Source: Octopus sinensis (lineage: Eukaryota). Taken from it: a stretch of 64,000 nucleotides of DNA. The stretch is taken from positions 131,192,001 to 131,256,000 of the forward strand of contig NC_043001.1 of NCBI RefSeq assembly GCF_006345805.1. Direction: 5' to 3'. How positions within the stretch are numbered: the stretch's first letter is position 1; each line of letters begins with the position of its first letter. The notes under the pieces were generated by a model. It ran no database searches. It worked only from the letters and a program-made list of their open reading frames with translations, and was not told the DNA's origin. Positions 37,631 to 51,994 of the stretch are shown piece by piece. Position numbers and translations under genes: made by a program.

Positions 37631-40116
37631 TTAAGCAGGTAGATGGATGGACAGCTAGTTATGGTCAAACCTCACAGAATATTCATATTGAGATGAATTT
37701 AGATCTGTTTGTAATAATTTAGTATATCAATTAAAAATGAAATCCTTTCTGATATAATTACTAACAAATGTTGAAACAATTTATTAATAGCAAAGAAGTC
37801 ATAATTGTTGAAGGCTATGCTTCGTTAGAAACATCTACCTAAATCATTTGCCTCAAGATGATCCCATAGATCAATAGCTTCTTTGAAGATATACTGATTT
37901 CTTATAAAAGCTATCTCTTTCTATTTATACTAATATCTTTGAAAACCCATTTCATATGTTCTTTTCCAATCAAATTTCACTCACAAAGTTTTCATCTACC
38001 AAATTTCGATTACAAAAATTTAGTCAGCATTAGGGCATTGTGGAAGACACACAGTTCATAGAAAATTTGTTAAAAATAAGAAACAAAACACCCTATGGTC
38101 CAGATCTCATCATAAAAATCTCTTTGTTCATCAATGCTAAAATGTAAAAAATTTTTATTTTTTGCACCACTACTTGATACATACTTATATTTGTTGAGAA
38201 TTTATCTCTTCACATTGTTTATACAAGAAATGTTTAAAGAAATAGTAAAATAACCTTCATGATATAGGCCGAAAATTTATGATGATGAAACAAAAGTCGA
38301 ATAGACTAACTACTTAAACTAATTTCATAACAGTAGTATTTCTATCTTCTTTAACCACTGCAGATAACAAGCATATATGAGTGTTTAAATGATGCAGTTA
38401 AAACAAAAAGATACATTTATGAATATATTCATAAACTTGCATGCATATATTATAAGCAGATAGATGCATGCAAATATATCTAAAATAGTTAAATGCATGC
38501 ACAATAATGAAAACATCAAGATGTATACACATATCTAAAACAACCAGATGCATGCATGTATAAGTACTGGAAAAATATATAAATTATTACAAAAATAATT
38601 ATGTATGAAAAAATTATGCATGATGCTTAAAAAATAAGTGGTTTGTCAAAGAATAAAAATTATATATTCTCATTTTGGTAATTGTTCATTTATTCTTTGT
38701 GTTGTTGTGACAATTAAATACGACAAAGGGTCAGAAGATACATTTTTATATTAATTTAAATTAATAAAAAAAAACATAAAATCAATATCCTTTTGATGAC
38801 AATTGCTATTGTATAATAGCACAAAGTAGATCTTGTAAGAGAGTTTTATGAAAAATTCTTTGATTTTTATTCTTATAAAAAAGAACAATTAAATTCCAAA
38901 TCATATGAAAGAAAGCTTAAGATTTTTTCTGATATATTTCTTTTTATGAATATTATCACAATTAATTCTTTAGTTTCAGTCTATTATGTTATTTTTGCTT
39001 TGAAAGGAGATTAGACAAAATACTGTCAATCTTTGTAACATAAAAACAACTGACAATAGCTTTTTGCAATAGTATACTCATTTTCTAACTGCTGCTAGAT
39101 GCATTTGTAAAACTGACAATAGATGAGTGATATAGACACAATAGAAACTAGTCACACAGATCAATCAATGAATAGTCTTGTCAGTAGGAATTAACGTGTA
39201 TATATAACTGAAAATAAAAAACATTATTTGCGTATATTGTGAAATATATCTTTATATGTTCTAAGGATAAAATAAAATATAAACTTTTGAACTGAAAATC
39301 AATGCAATATTTTAATAAAATCTCACATTTAATGCAAATTCTACATGAGGTTATAATGTATGCTTTTGATCTATATTATGTTCAAAGATTATCTTTCATC
39401 ACTAACACAAAGAGGAATCAACATACAAAATCTTTTCTCAAATTAGAATGAAAAATAAATACTAAATACAACAGACAGCATTACAAATAAGTTTGAAAAT
39501 CCATTATTTACCTCCAATATCCTCACCATTTAATGAGCTAAGAAGATAAACAGTTCATCTATCAATAAACTTTTGAAAATTTTCTTAAACTGAAATGTGC
39601 TATATATCAAAATAGTTCATTTTATCAATTATCAGCAGTTTGCAACATTACCAGAAAAGAGACTTTATAAAACTACTGCAAAATATAAATACTTTAGAAA
39701 CACAATAGATATATAGATGATACAATTTCTTTATGGTGCTTCAGAAAATTCAAACATTTCTTAATCAATATGTCTAGATTAAAACATAAATTTATGTTTA
39801 ATCTTTGAAGATCCAGTCTTTTATCTATACTTGATGCAAGTTACTGATATTTTCTTTTGTTTAAGTAAAGGAAGGTTTGTAGAAACTTGATGAATTATTA
39901 CCAATAGTAAGAATCTTATTTTTAAATACATGTCTGAGTGACTCCATAAAATGCTTTAAAATGTTATTTGGAAGATTATAACCATGTAATTGTGTTCTTT
40001 GCATACTTCATTTCTTGTGCTTCTCTCTAACCAGTGCAGTCAGTACCTACAATGGAAATGTAAGTATCAGTGAACAAGCTTCAACAAGAAGACTTGATTA
40101 TTTCTGACTAGCTATA

Positions 40117-40444
40117 AAAAATAAGACTCCGCCGGTTACGACGACGAGGGTCCCAGCTGATACGATCAACGGAACAGCTTGCTCGTGAAATTAACGTGCA
40201 AATGGCTGAGCATTCCACAGACACGTGTACCCTTAACGTAGTTCTCGGGGATAATCAGCGTGACACAGAGAGTGACAAGGCTGACCCTTTGAAATACAAG
40301 TACAACTCATTTTTGCCAGCTGAGTGGACTGGAGCAACGTGAAATAAAGTGTCTTGCTCAAGGACACAACGCGTCGCCGGGAATCGAACTCACAACCTTA
40401 CGATCATGAGCCGAATGCCCTAACCACTAAGCCACGCGCCCTCA
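40117..40444 (-). mobile_element. Young full-length tRNA-headed CORE-like SINE (family C) with 13-bp TSD
   Basis: Minus-strand head GAGGGCGCGTGGCTTAGTGGTTAGGGCATTCGG...GAGTTCGATTCCC contains A and B boxes, followed by GTGTCCTTGAGCAAGACACTTT. CpG-rich. TSD CTGACTAGCTATA at 40104-40116 and 40445-40457. Confidence 0.92.
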
Positions 40445-41656
40445 CTGACTAGCTATATAACAGCATTGAATATATGGTATCTTAATGCATAAATTATATA
40501 AGATACATTTTTTGGTAAGTTAATTAGTACAAATTACTTAGTCTATGTCTCCAAAAACAATTTTTTTTTCAAGGAAATGTTTGACAGAACTTTCAAAATT
40601 TTAGCATTTTTGTTACTCCCTTTTGAAATTATATTTCTAACATCATAGTAAATAATGATTAATCATTAGAATTATGCTTAATCAACATGTTAAAAAAAGT
40701 ACCCTCTACTCAATGCAAGTGATGTTGAGTCAACATGTTTGGTAAATCCTTAAACAACTAAAAATGTGTATGTGTGAATGCATACAAAAAATAACTTCCT
40801 TAACCTAATAAATAAAAGTGCTAAAATAGCTTGAATTCAGAAATTAGAAAACACTAAAGCAGGATCAAAGAATATCTGTCCACTAACTGCTAGAGAGAGG
40901 TAAGGAAAACAACTCATTTATAATCCTAATTTCAATTTCCAGTCAACATCATACGTTACAGACCATTTGGACATTTTAGAACAAGTGAAAATTCATTACA
41001 AAATACACCTACTCATCATTTCAGTCTTTACTTCAGTAGCTCATAATATTGCTGGTTAATTTAAGACTAAAATACCCTACTACAATTTCATTAAATAGAA
41101 TCGATGGAGTGTATTTACTTAGTTATGTATTAGTTATAAGGATTTTCATTAGTAAACTGCAATAGATCAAGTCCTACAATTTTTGACACATTCAAGAGTA
41201 TGTGATTTCTTGTCAGCAGTGTTATCTTTTCAACAGAATTTTTTCCCTTATTTGCCCAAATTTCCAAATTTAAAGAATTTCTCAGCAGACTGTCAATCTC
41301 ACCCTTTGTTTTTTGTTTTTTTAGCATTTTTATGCTGTAGCATTGTTGCAATAACAGTACTTGTTCCCTGTTTGCAATAAGATTAGTAACTTCAAATTCA
41401 GCTAAATCATTTTCAAGAAGACATTGGTTCTTAGAGAAGTTGTAGAAAATCTAGTCAACTATTCTTTAGCACTCCAATATTGAGAGATTTTGAGAAAAGA
41501 TGGAATATAGTCTTATTCTGCATTGCAGTATTTGGTTATGTGAAGCATAGGATATCCAACTTTCTATTTCATGACTGAAACTTGATGATAAAAAGGTGGA
41601 AATGTGTTTGGTGAACTCAGATATTTGGAATGGATTAGAGACAACAGTTGCCATTA

Positions 41657-41703
<47 letters not shown>

Positions 41704-44700
41704 CAGTATATTCCATGGATGTGATTTGTTCAGATAAAATGAAAGTAGCAGTCTTTTTAGAATCATGTTGCAGCACCATTTTGATAGAAGAGTTTTCATG
41801 CACATCACATGTAAAGATATTTTTGTTTTATTTTGATGTACAAATAGTAAATGAGAGTTAGAGTTTCTATGTTGGAATTTCTGTATAATTATTCAACATT
41901 TTCAATTTGACAGTAAAATTTCTAAAATATTTTTAAAACAAAGCAACACAGGAAACTTATACTCCAGGATGATAACCATAAAAGAGCTAGAATCTCCAAC
42001 ACCAGAAAATACACGAGATCAAAGCTAAACACAAAAGCATATGTGAATGTTTGAATTGCCAGAAGTGACTGTCATAATGCAACTTACAAGTTCAACAGAC
42101 TATCAGAGAAATTGGAAATATAACACTGGGCAAGCACTAGTTTCAATAATGACTGTAATGCCAGAAATTAAATAAATTTATAATTCATAGTCAAATACAA
42201 TTCAAGTCCTCTTCCACCCATGTAGGTTTGATGAGAAACTACTGGAAAATAAAGTCATGACAAATAGAAAAAAAATGAAGTAAAAATATTAACTGTTGAG
42301 TGAAAAGATCTCTTGTAAATTTCACAGAAGCAATGTTGTTTCAATGAGCAGATCTATAGAGCAAAACTAACATAGATTCATGATAAAATGTTGATAAATA
42401 AAAATACCTAGAAACAACAAACCTTTCAACAATGACTTATTTTATCACTACCAACATAAAAATCCTTAAAAACTTAAAATCCTACATGTCTGAACATTTA
42501 CTAAATAAGCCATGTATACATAATGATTTGAAGTTAATCCAAAATAAAATTTATCAATATAAATCTATTGATTTTAGATGATACTAGAAGGCAACTGACT
42601 GATTTAGTTTTTAAGTCACTAATGTAACATGATAAAATAGTTGGAATGTACATTATACACCATCAGATTTGCACCTAGACTATGATTAATTTACTGTTGC
42701 TATAGGTTATCACAACAATCTGATTCTATACTTTGCTATTTAGATATAATTTTGTCTATTTAAGTTAATAAATGCACACAAAGAAACATCAAAGGATTGT
42801 TGAGTTTCCTGTTATTTTGTCACATCTTACATACAACATCACTTTTCTTCAATAAACAAATGGAACCGAGATAAATTTATGTTTGGATCTTAATTCATTT
42901 TAAGTAAATATAGAAAGTATGACAATATTGACATTCTACTCAAGTTTGGCTATAATCCTAACATTCTGTACTTTTTCCATAAAAGAATCAATAAAATAAA
43001 ACATAATTATTTTAAATTCCATATATGACATGTCTATGTGATTAAGAGTAATTTTTGCTTCTAAGAAAACAGAAATTTACTTTTTGTATTTTGATAAGAA
43101 TAAAACCAAGTTTCCATAATTAAAGCTTTGTGTACTTACAGATGTGCAGCAGTAAAATAATAAAAAAAAAATGTTTAAGGAAAGTAAACATTCATATTTT
43201 TCTTAAGAGGATCAATCTAATTAATCAAACTTAAGTGAGCAAACTTTGTCTACTTTAGATATTTATGCGCAACCATTTATTATCCTCAAATAGCATCCAT
43301 TAAATCTTTGCAATCAATAATTATAGATGAAGATTACCTTTTAAACTTAAATTTCAGTCACCTTCTTTTTAAGATAATACTTGCTTTTCTATAGACAAAC
43401 CCATAAAATGAATAATTGTTGTATTCTTTTTTAACTTAAGGTCAAATTTATTTTGATTATTACTAAAATTTTTCCTTTGAATATAAATCTTAACAGTGTT
43501 AGAACAGAAATTAATAATATAATGAAACTATAATGGAATAAAAATGAAAAAAGTTAGGTGTGATTAGTGGAGGAATTATTTAAAGCAAAAGTGAAAAAGA
43601 AATAGTTTGTTCTTAAGGCTTCATTTTCATCAAGTTTTAATATCAAAGGCTAATATATCCGAACTGTTTGAAAAGATGATAAAATCTGGAAACAATTGCA
43701 GCAATGCCTCTTCAGTATACTAAGTAATGATCTGGAACTATTTAACTGAAATTTTAAGAAATATTATTCTAAAATACTTGATATGATACATTATCAGCAC
43801 TTGTAATTAGTTAAATCAGAATCATATTTCTTAACAGAAAAACTAATTAAGTTGATTTTCAAACTTCTCAAATAATATTCTACACATAAGTATTCATATG
43901 ATCTTTATAGTTTGTTAAAAGATAAATCTAACATCAATGATAATGGCATTTGGCTAACCCCAAACTGAACCCCTCAACAAAAACCACAGTAAAAATATCT
44001 TCAGTTAATTATTATTATTCAGAAAATTTTCAATCCTTCTCTCACTATCTTTCCCATACATTTCCAGTTGTAATCATTTTTTATTTTCACCTCAATTTTC
44101 TCCTACTAAAGTTTTATTCTTTATTCGCTGAGTGAGAATTTATCATTTTTTCAATATGATTTGTGTTATCTCCATCACAAATCATATTCACCTTAGGAAA
44201 ACAACACCATCTAAATGTTGTCAATGTACATCAACTTCTTTCCTAGCACAATTAAAAGAAAATTCTTGAGGAAAATATGGTGGTAGATACCTCTATAATC
44301 ATTCTGAATGAGTGGTTGTATTCACTAGCATAAAAGATGTACTCTTGCATAAGAGGCACCCTTATTTTACAGGTATATTTTGTAGAAAAACAAATTTAAT
44401 ATGTTCCACCATATATGTTCAAAGATATTTTAGATGGTTTTACAGGGGGAAATGTATGACTGTGCATCTAAATAAGATATTGTGACACTATACTGGAATT
44501 AAGTATGAAACCATAAATTTATCATAAACTATGTTATGAGAGTACTGTATTTCAACTTTATCTTCTTTCAAATCAACTGTATAGTTGTTTATATCTTAGT
44601 CAAGAGAACAGAAATACATGATGTGGCAGCCATATTTCTGGCTGTGATGTTTTATATAACCATGAATACTCACAAGGGTGGTGCACCACCACTATTTTAT

Positions 44701-45194
44701 TGTCATCTAACCATTGATGGTGGATGAAACTTTGCTAACATTCCACTTATCTTTCCAAGAGAACTTTTCATTTAGATACTTATATTTCTTAAAGGTAATA
44801 CATAATGTAAGACATATAGCAGGTGTGAGTTATCCATGCTGGGATGAAGGTAAAATGAGATGATGTGACCAACCCACATAACTGCCAATGTACCATAAGC
44901 AATTTTTCATAATCATATGCTGACATTGTGCCCGGTGGATTTATACACATCCAGCTTACTAGTCTACAGCACTTGATCTCCCATCCATAACACTACCACA
45001 TTAGATGCAAAGCAATTTTTTGATACATTGAGATATAGAAAAAAAGTATGCATTTTATGCTGGTATATATGGTACTTTAAACCTAGCTTTAAGACAAGGC
45101 CTAAAACCTATCTTTCTTTTCTGCTTGGGACTTAAAAACTGAACTTCTCTCTAGCTCAAAATAATTGTTTCAAATTTGTACACACCAGTAATTT

Positions 45195-45375
45195 TGAGAG
45201 GAAATGGTTTAGCAGTGCAATCAATCCCAGTATTTGACTGATATTTTGTCATCGACTTAGAGGGATAAAAGACAAAGTAAACCTCAGTGGCAGTGGAATT
45301 TGAACACAAAACAAAAGGAATCAGGAGAAATTTTGCTAGGTATTTTTCTGGCACTCTAGTAATTCTCTTAATCTA
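45195..45375 (-). mobile_element. SINE family B, degenerate (related fragments at about 3890-4050, 25305-25440, 26155-26250)
   Basis: The reverse complement contains gttcaaattccactgccactgaggtttactttgtcttttatccctctaagtcgatgac, matching 61976-62208. Confidence 0.6.
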
Positions 45376-46369
45376 CTATGGATGATGATGATGATGATGT
45401 GAACAACAATGACAATAAAATTGAAGTCTATAATTTTTAGCTTGTTAAATGCTCAAGGAAGGATTTATGGAATCAGTGAACTTTTAGGAAATCAAGTTGT
45501 ACAGTATTTTTAAATGTGTCACATTTTAATCATGTAGATTAAAAGTTTACAAACTTCACAAATGAGATTAGCACAAGACCAAGAAACAGAGAAATGTTAT
45601 ATCAGAGATCCATTAAAAATATATGCAACTATGGAAATATGAAAAGGAAGCACTAGAATAATAAATATTTAACATTTGTGCTATTTTAAAAATCTTTTTC
45701 TGCTTTCTAATCAATATCAAAGTTAGTTGGTATTTAAATGTTATCACACTGTGATTATTATCATTATTATTTTCTTCCAATGTTGTTGCTTCAGGATTCA
45801 TGATTTTATTTGAATTAAAGAGAGAAACAAAATAATCTATTCACCCTTTCTTAGTATAAGGTAAATTATTCACAAAACATCAACATATACATAAAATTCC
45901 ATGTAGCTATGATTTTCGTCAGTCATATTTATATCTAGCATGTCTGGGAGAGATGCAACATTTAATATGAAAAATTACATTTCATTTTCATCAAAATATA
46001 ATTGCTGGATAAAGGGCTATCCTTTAAGTACTGACAGGTGTTTAAAAGGCAAGGATAAAACCAATTATCATATCAGTATTTTTTTTCCTTTCACTTTTTA
46101 ATTTTTTGGTAGACTTCTCATAAATGGAGTAAATGAAAGTGGACAGCAGACAAATTAAGCATGGAGAAAATAAATACCTTTCTTATCTTCTACAAGGAAA
46201 TTACTTCAACCAACAGTATATTCTATTCAGGCATTGTCTTGAGTGAAGTGAGACACTATGACTAATGTTTGAACAATATTATTCAAACCTTATGAAAATG
46301 AATTATTATTAAAAAGTTTTTCTTTTTTTAATTGTAAGCATAAAATTGTGTGTGTGTGTGTGTATTTAC

Positions 46370-46520
46370 ATGTACCATCTCCTAGGTCCCATAACATTGT
46401 GGTTCAACAATGAAAGATAGAAAAGTAGTAGACTGAAACTAGTACTGGGATCGATATGGTCAACTGAAATACCTGAAGGTAGTGCCCCAACATGGCTGCA
46501 GTTCAATAATTAAAATCAGT
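46370..46520 (+). mobile_element. SINE family A 3' remnant
   Basis: gtactgggatcgat...ggtagtgccccaacatggctgcagt. Confidence 0.55.
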
Positions 46521-47180
46521 GAAATAATAGATTTCCTCAACAATAGCCTATCTGAACCTAACAGATCAAAATGGGAACCAGCTAATTTTTCACAGCATTT
46601 TCAGAGGTAATAGTGACAAGAAGTTTTTGTACATCCATCTTTGGAAAGCTTATATTACACCTAGAGATATTAATTACAAAGTGCATCCAGAATCTCAAGA
46701 TAACTTTTCATAAGCAGTTTACAACTTCTAAAATGTAGTTCAATATGTGATGACCAATTCTCTTGGATTTTCAATGGATCAAACGTCACTTAATATCCTT
46801 TCCCAACTTTTAGAGATCTTGTCAGAAAAAAAAGCTTGAGCAAATGACTGGGAAGGAACATTTCGGTTATCCAAGTTCAAATTAAAGACAAATAGTTAAA
46901 TTAAGGACAACAAGCAAATTCTTACCTGCACTTTAGAACCTGTGACTGACAATAAAAATAATGCAACTTTTTAGGTGTAACTCAAATAGTGTGTGAGATT
47001 ATGCACACACAGAATGTCCCATAACTAAATGAAAATATAGGGAAAACAGTTCAAGAATGTAACTGCATATAGTAAAACAATGTCAAGCCAACTACTGTAA
47101 TTTATATGAAAAAGATAGAAAGGAAAACCAAATATATTGAACAAGTACTGGTATGTTTGGTTTTATACTTTCCTTTTGTT

Positions 47181-47245
47181 AATCGCCCCAGCATGGCCAC
47201 AGCTCGTGAGCTGAAACTAGTATCAATCAATCAATCAATCAATCA
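47181..47245 (+). mobile_element. Tail-only retroposon fragment ending in (TCAA)n
   Basis: gccccagcatggccacagctcgtgagctgaaactag followed by (atca)n. Same tail motif family as SINE A and the CR1 3' end. Confidence 0.55.
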
Positions 47246-47280
47246 AATGTTCAAAATGTTTTCAACATATTAAAATATAT

Positions 47281-47331
<51 letters not shown>

Positions 47332-49199
47332 AACGTATTAAATTTGTTTTTCTACAAAATATACCTGTAAAATAGGGGGTGCCTCTTATGCAAGACTACA
47401 TCTTCTATGCTAATAAACACAACCGTTTGAACAAATGGATACTATCTCCTTTAGAAAGATTAGAAATTTCTACCTAACCACAATTTCACATTTTAGTTGA
47501 TTTTTAAAGCCTCTGTTTATTTACTGGTATCAAATAGCTAATGTACATGAAATGTTAGCAATTATGGTGGCTTAAATTTCATTTTAGATAAGCTTTTTAG
47601 TGTTATCCCTTCATCTTAACTCTAGAAATATTTAATTTTAAAATTTCTAAAATTATGAAATCAGCCATACTGATACAGAGGAAAAATGGAAAATATTAAA
47701 TATATGACTTTTACATTACGTGGAGGAGATAGCAAGAGTCATTAGCAAACTTTTACTCATTTATATTTAGCAGTGTAATATAAAGTATGTAAATTTTTAT
47801 TAGATTAAAAGGTGAATTGCTTTGTTTACAATAATTAAAGCATAAAACAAGACAATTACTGTTATTGGTAGAAGCTTAAATAAAATGTTCTCAATTGATA
47901 AAATAATTAGATTTTTCAGACAATAGAATAAATCACGCTTCTTTTATCATACAATTAAAGTTTTTCAATTTTATTTTATTTTTTTCCTTCTAGAAACTAT
48001 TTAAATTATAACTCTTCTCCTATAAGACAAAATTCGTATTTGAATATTTCTCCATATTGAATTGCACCACTTTAATTATATTTATTTATTTTACAGAAAA
48101 TTGAAAACCTATCATGAACTTGTTCCTGAAACGATGAACTTTTTACATAAAGAAAATTTAAGAATTGAAACTGCAGATTTTCACTTTGGAAATCTTTAAT
48201 AAGTTGCTTTAAATTAATCATATACAATAAAGACAATAGTTGTAAAGTTCCATTGGTTAGCCAGATCGCTTTATAGAACAACAACCTTAATTTCTGATTA
48301 AAACACTTTAAAAACAGAAATTGAAAGGCAGCTTCAGTAATTTTGAAAATTAGATATTCAGTAATCTGATGTAAACTAGAATTAATATAAACCAATAAGG
48401 GAGCCCCTGTGTGGTTGTTTAATCTGCTAAAGGTAGAAAAGTTAAACTAAATATATAATCTTGAAGAGAAAAAAAAACTAATGTATTCTTGAAAAAAAGT
48501 AACATAATCTCAGCTGAAATGTCTTGATCTAGTGGCTAAAAGCCAGCATTGAGTTAACTACTACAACTAAAACTAACTAATGAAGTAATACAGAAATCAT
48601 CCTTTATGAGTGAGAGGAAAAAACAAGTTGAACAGTAAATATAATAGCAAAAAACTTTGAAAGTGCAGGAATAGATTTTAGGTAGATTACACTTTGACTT
48701 GTGTACACACACACATATATATGATTATAAATCTGATAATCTTGACCATCATAGATAGTCCTGAATGATTAAATTGGAGTGGGTGTTCTTTCCAATACTA
48801 ATCAGAAATTAGTGGATATTTAGGATGTGAGACTAAAGCAGCAGAGGTTCTTGAAATGATGAAGTCATTTATTAAGGTAACAAATAAAAGAGTAAATGCA
48901 GAGTTGTAAAGGGAGATGACATATAGGCTAGACATGTAAGTATTACATTTAAGTTAAGGGGTGTCACTGGAGTTGTGGACATGCCTGGAAAAGGTATGGA
49001 GTACATGCTTGAGGATTTGAGGTAAGAGCTAGGATCTGTTAAACAAGAGCCCTTCAATACTAAAGACAATAGATCTAATTTTAGGTAACTGCTGATGGAG
49101 GATATCTACTATTTCTAGAGATGAAACTTTAATTAACTTTGAGTATCCTCTATAGGTACAAATGTCCATTCTACTGGTATTTACAATATTTCCCAGCCA

Positions 49200-49800
49200 G
49201 ATATGCTATATTGGCATCCTTTTGATAGGGCATAGCATTGTTTACTTGGTTGACAACTACATAAACATTAAAATGGAGCATCCTAATGACATTGGATCCC
49301 CTTCTCTACTTGATTTCTGACATAAAATCAGAGATAAGATTTATTAATAGCAACTTCTACAAGAAGTTGCTTGTTGGGGCCTACTTGTGCACAACAGATC
49401 TACTTGTGCCATACCAACCAGATTTGAGACTGCCATGTATCAAGTAGAATATGACATGTACACAATAGATGCAAGAAGCAAGTAATAGAGCTGACAAAAA
49501 CAAGCAGCTCCAAAAGGTGTTAACAACAATGGCTATACAGTGTCTTTTGTAGAGCGCAGTTCAATAACACAACTCCAAAGCAGTTTCACACCTCCAATAA
49601 CAACTGCATTTGAACAACACTGCCCTATTTAATTAAGAGAGCAAATAATGCAATCTTTGAAGTGATCCGTAGGGAGGTATTATATATACAGCTGACACAC
49701 TGAATGTGCCTGACAAAATGCTTGTCTGGGAATCAGCCTACACACAATAACAACGTTTGCATATGAGCCAACTGCAAACTACAGCATGGGCATACATTTA
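49200..49800 (+). mobile_element. Heavily decayed Penelope-like retroelement remnant (RT C-terminus towards GIY-YIG)
   Basis: Frame fragments NIKMEHPNDIGSPSLLDF (49264), SNFYKK, NNGYTVSFVER (49525), TTLPYL and GIIY lie in the order expected for PLE motifs FT.E....LPFLD / FYRKP / NGYP..FI / LPY / GVVY. Confidence 0.5.
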
Positions 49801-50379
49801 TGAATCTGCATAATGTATCATATAATTTGCAGTAAATGTTACAAATCATTAATCAGTAGCACCATTTGAACACTGCACTGCTGTATTAAAAAGCATATTA
49901 ACATATATATATATCTATATACTTCCACTGTTAAATACACATCTAGAGAGATGGCATAACAAAGAAATCATTGTTACTATCAAGTCTACAGAAAGAAATA
50001 TGAGAAATTTAATAAAATAAAGAAACTGTCTGAATAAATAGACAAAATCCTTGGGAAGTGGCATGAATTGAGCCAAGCTGGTTGATTGATATAACACAGC
50101 TAGTTTGCATATGACAATCTTCTCCTACACAATGTTCACATTAAAATAATAAGTGCTCAGTCAGTTTGATGTGTGTTGACAGAGCTAGCTCATCCTCTAT
50201 TTTCTTGATAAAGAATTTTAAATTTGGGTAACACAGGGTAAAAATTTAAACAATTATTCTTGCTTTGTTTTGACTTTGTTTCTGTCTCAATGCAGTGACT
50301 TTCTTAAAGAGTATCTAACTAAAATACCCTTAAACTTAAATGTGGACAGTTGATTATGAAAACAACAATTCAGACACTG

Positions 50380-50595
50380 CTTGTTACTGTATTTATTTTG
50401 AGATGCTCTGTGTTTTTTTCAATTACTTTAAATATAACAAAGAATTTAGAAAAATAACTTAATTATCATTCAGCTAGTGTTAGGAACATAAATTGTGACT
50501 GAGGTTTGGTGGAAGATTTTAATTCAAAACTTATGAAAACAAGACATTTGTACTCAGAACCAGAGCCGGTTTCAGCCGGGTTGGTAACGAAAGGG
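50380..50595. mobile_element. piggyBac-type MITE family M2 (CCCTTTCGTTAC termini), left TIR decayed
   Basis: Right end is GTAACGAAAGGG|TTAA, identical to the TIR of 36543-37630. The left end has only cttGTTACtgtattt. Confidence 0.7.
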
Positions 50596-50609
50596 TTAAA
50601 AGGAGATAA

Positions 50610-50810
50610 ATATGACATTCAGCTGGACATGTCCAGAAGATGAGTGACAACTAGTGGACATAAAGGCTGACACTCTGAATTCAAAATGACTACAAAAGTA
50701 AGAGAAGGACAATGGCAAACAGCTAGATGGATGAATCAGATAATTTTTTTTTTAATTAGAGATTGGGTACCCAGAAGTTATCAAGAGAGGAAGCCTTTAC
50801 CCCACAGTGG
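50610..50810 (+). mobile_element. RTE-clade LINE 3' remnant
   Basis: SAGHVQKMSDN*WT*RLTL*I ... RWMNQI resembles WAGHV.RM.D.RWT......RW.D.I. Confidence 0.55.
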
Positions 50811-51310
50811 GGTAGCAATGGCTTATTTGATTGATCAATTGATTGATAATAATAACCAGCACATTGAGAAGTAAACTTGATAAAACTCCTTCATTATTGA
50901 CAGAAATGATTCAGCAAATCTGCTGTTTAATAAAATTGATAACATTCAAAATGCAATAGAGAATATTATTTCCTTTCTGTACACAACATCTGAAGTGAAA
51001 TTAAAATGTATAATTGAATATTCATTTATTTAATGCATTTTAAGTGAATAAAGAATGCTTTATAACTTTTCCTTATTTATTTAGTTTTATTGCTTTCCAA
51101 ATAACTTAACTACTTAATATTTGCTCCCCTTAATCAAGAGTTGATATGTTTTCTACAAGTAATTTATTGTGGAAAAAGAATATAACATATAAGCCCAATG
51201 TATTAAAATATTTTTAAAGATTATTATTCCAGTTTCTCATAAAAGCATATATTTCATAAAATATAAAAAAGTTACTTTCCTCTTTTCTTTAATCAAACAG
51301 AACTTATAAA

Positions 51311-51350
<40 letters not shown>

Positions 51351-51994
51351 ACATGTATGTTTAATCAATATTTATTAACCTTTCTATATAGTTTAACTTT
51401 GGTTAAACTCCAGTTCTAACTAGGTTAATGGTTTGAGTATTTCATGGGACAGCGAATAAGTTTTGTAGTACATAATGTAGCAGAATATTCATAGTACTTT
51501 TGACATATCAGAATTATTGATAACTGTTACCATAAAATGTATTATCATACATATCATACTTGAGCTATGAGTCACATACCAACTGACATCTCAGTCTGCA
51601 GCAAATATAGAGGGGAATAGGACATATTACTTGCACAAAAGAAAATGCAGTTCTTGAAACAGATACTGTATGCTGCACTGCAGTCTCTATACTGATGACA
51701 TAATGCATAATTGTAAGGTATTCAAAACTACTGATTTCCCTTCCATAATTTCTTCTTTGATTGAAGGAAAGGATGATATAACTTACACATAACTATTCTT
51801 GAATTGTGCAGATTTTGTACTAATGTAAACAAAAACAAAAAGGAATATTTTTCTTTGTGTAGAATAATACTATAAATTAACTTTATTCTAAAACAGATTT
51901 TAATAAAAAAATATTTCATATTTATGGCATAAATCATGCAAAAATTCTAGTTAGGTAATAGTGGCTACATAGAAAAATCCCCATTAATCTAAAT

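Noticed and set aside
40370-40444. tRNA-like sequence on the minus strand
   Set aside because: It is the head of a SINE: it continues into a CORE-like body and is flanked by a TSD. It is not a standalone tRNA gene. The same holds for 6354 and 61976.
46931-46950. 14-20 nt minus-strand microexon (…AAAGTGCAG|gtaaga)
   Set aside because: The donor is good, but the segment is too short to evaluate without RNA data.
48072-48395. 107-aa ORF as a real gene or transposase piece
   Set aside because: No recognisable motif, and the composition is compatible with a chance AT-rich frame.
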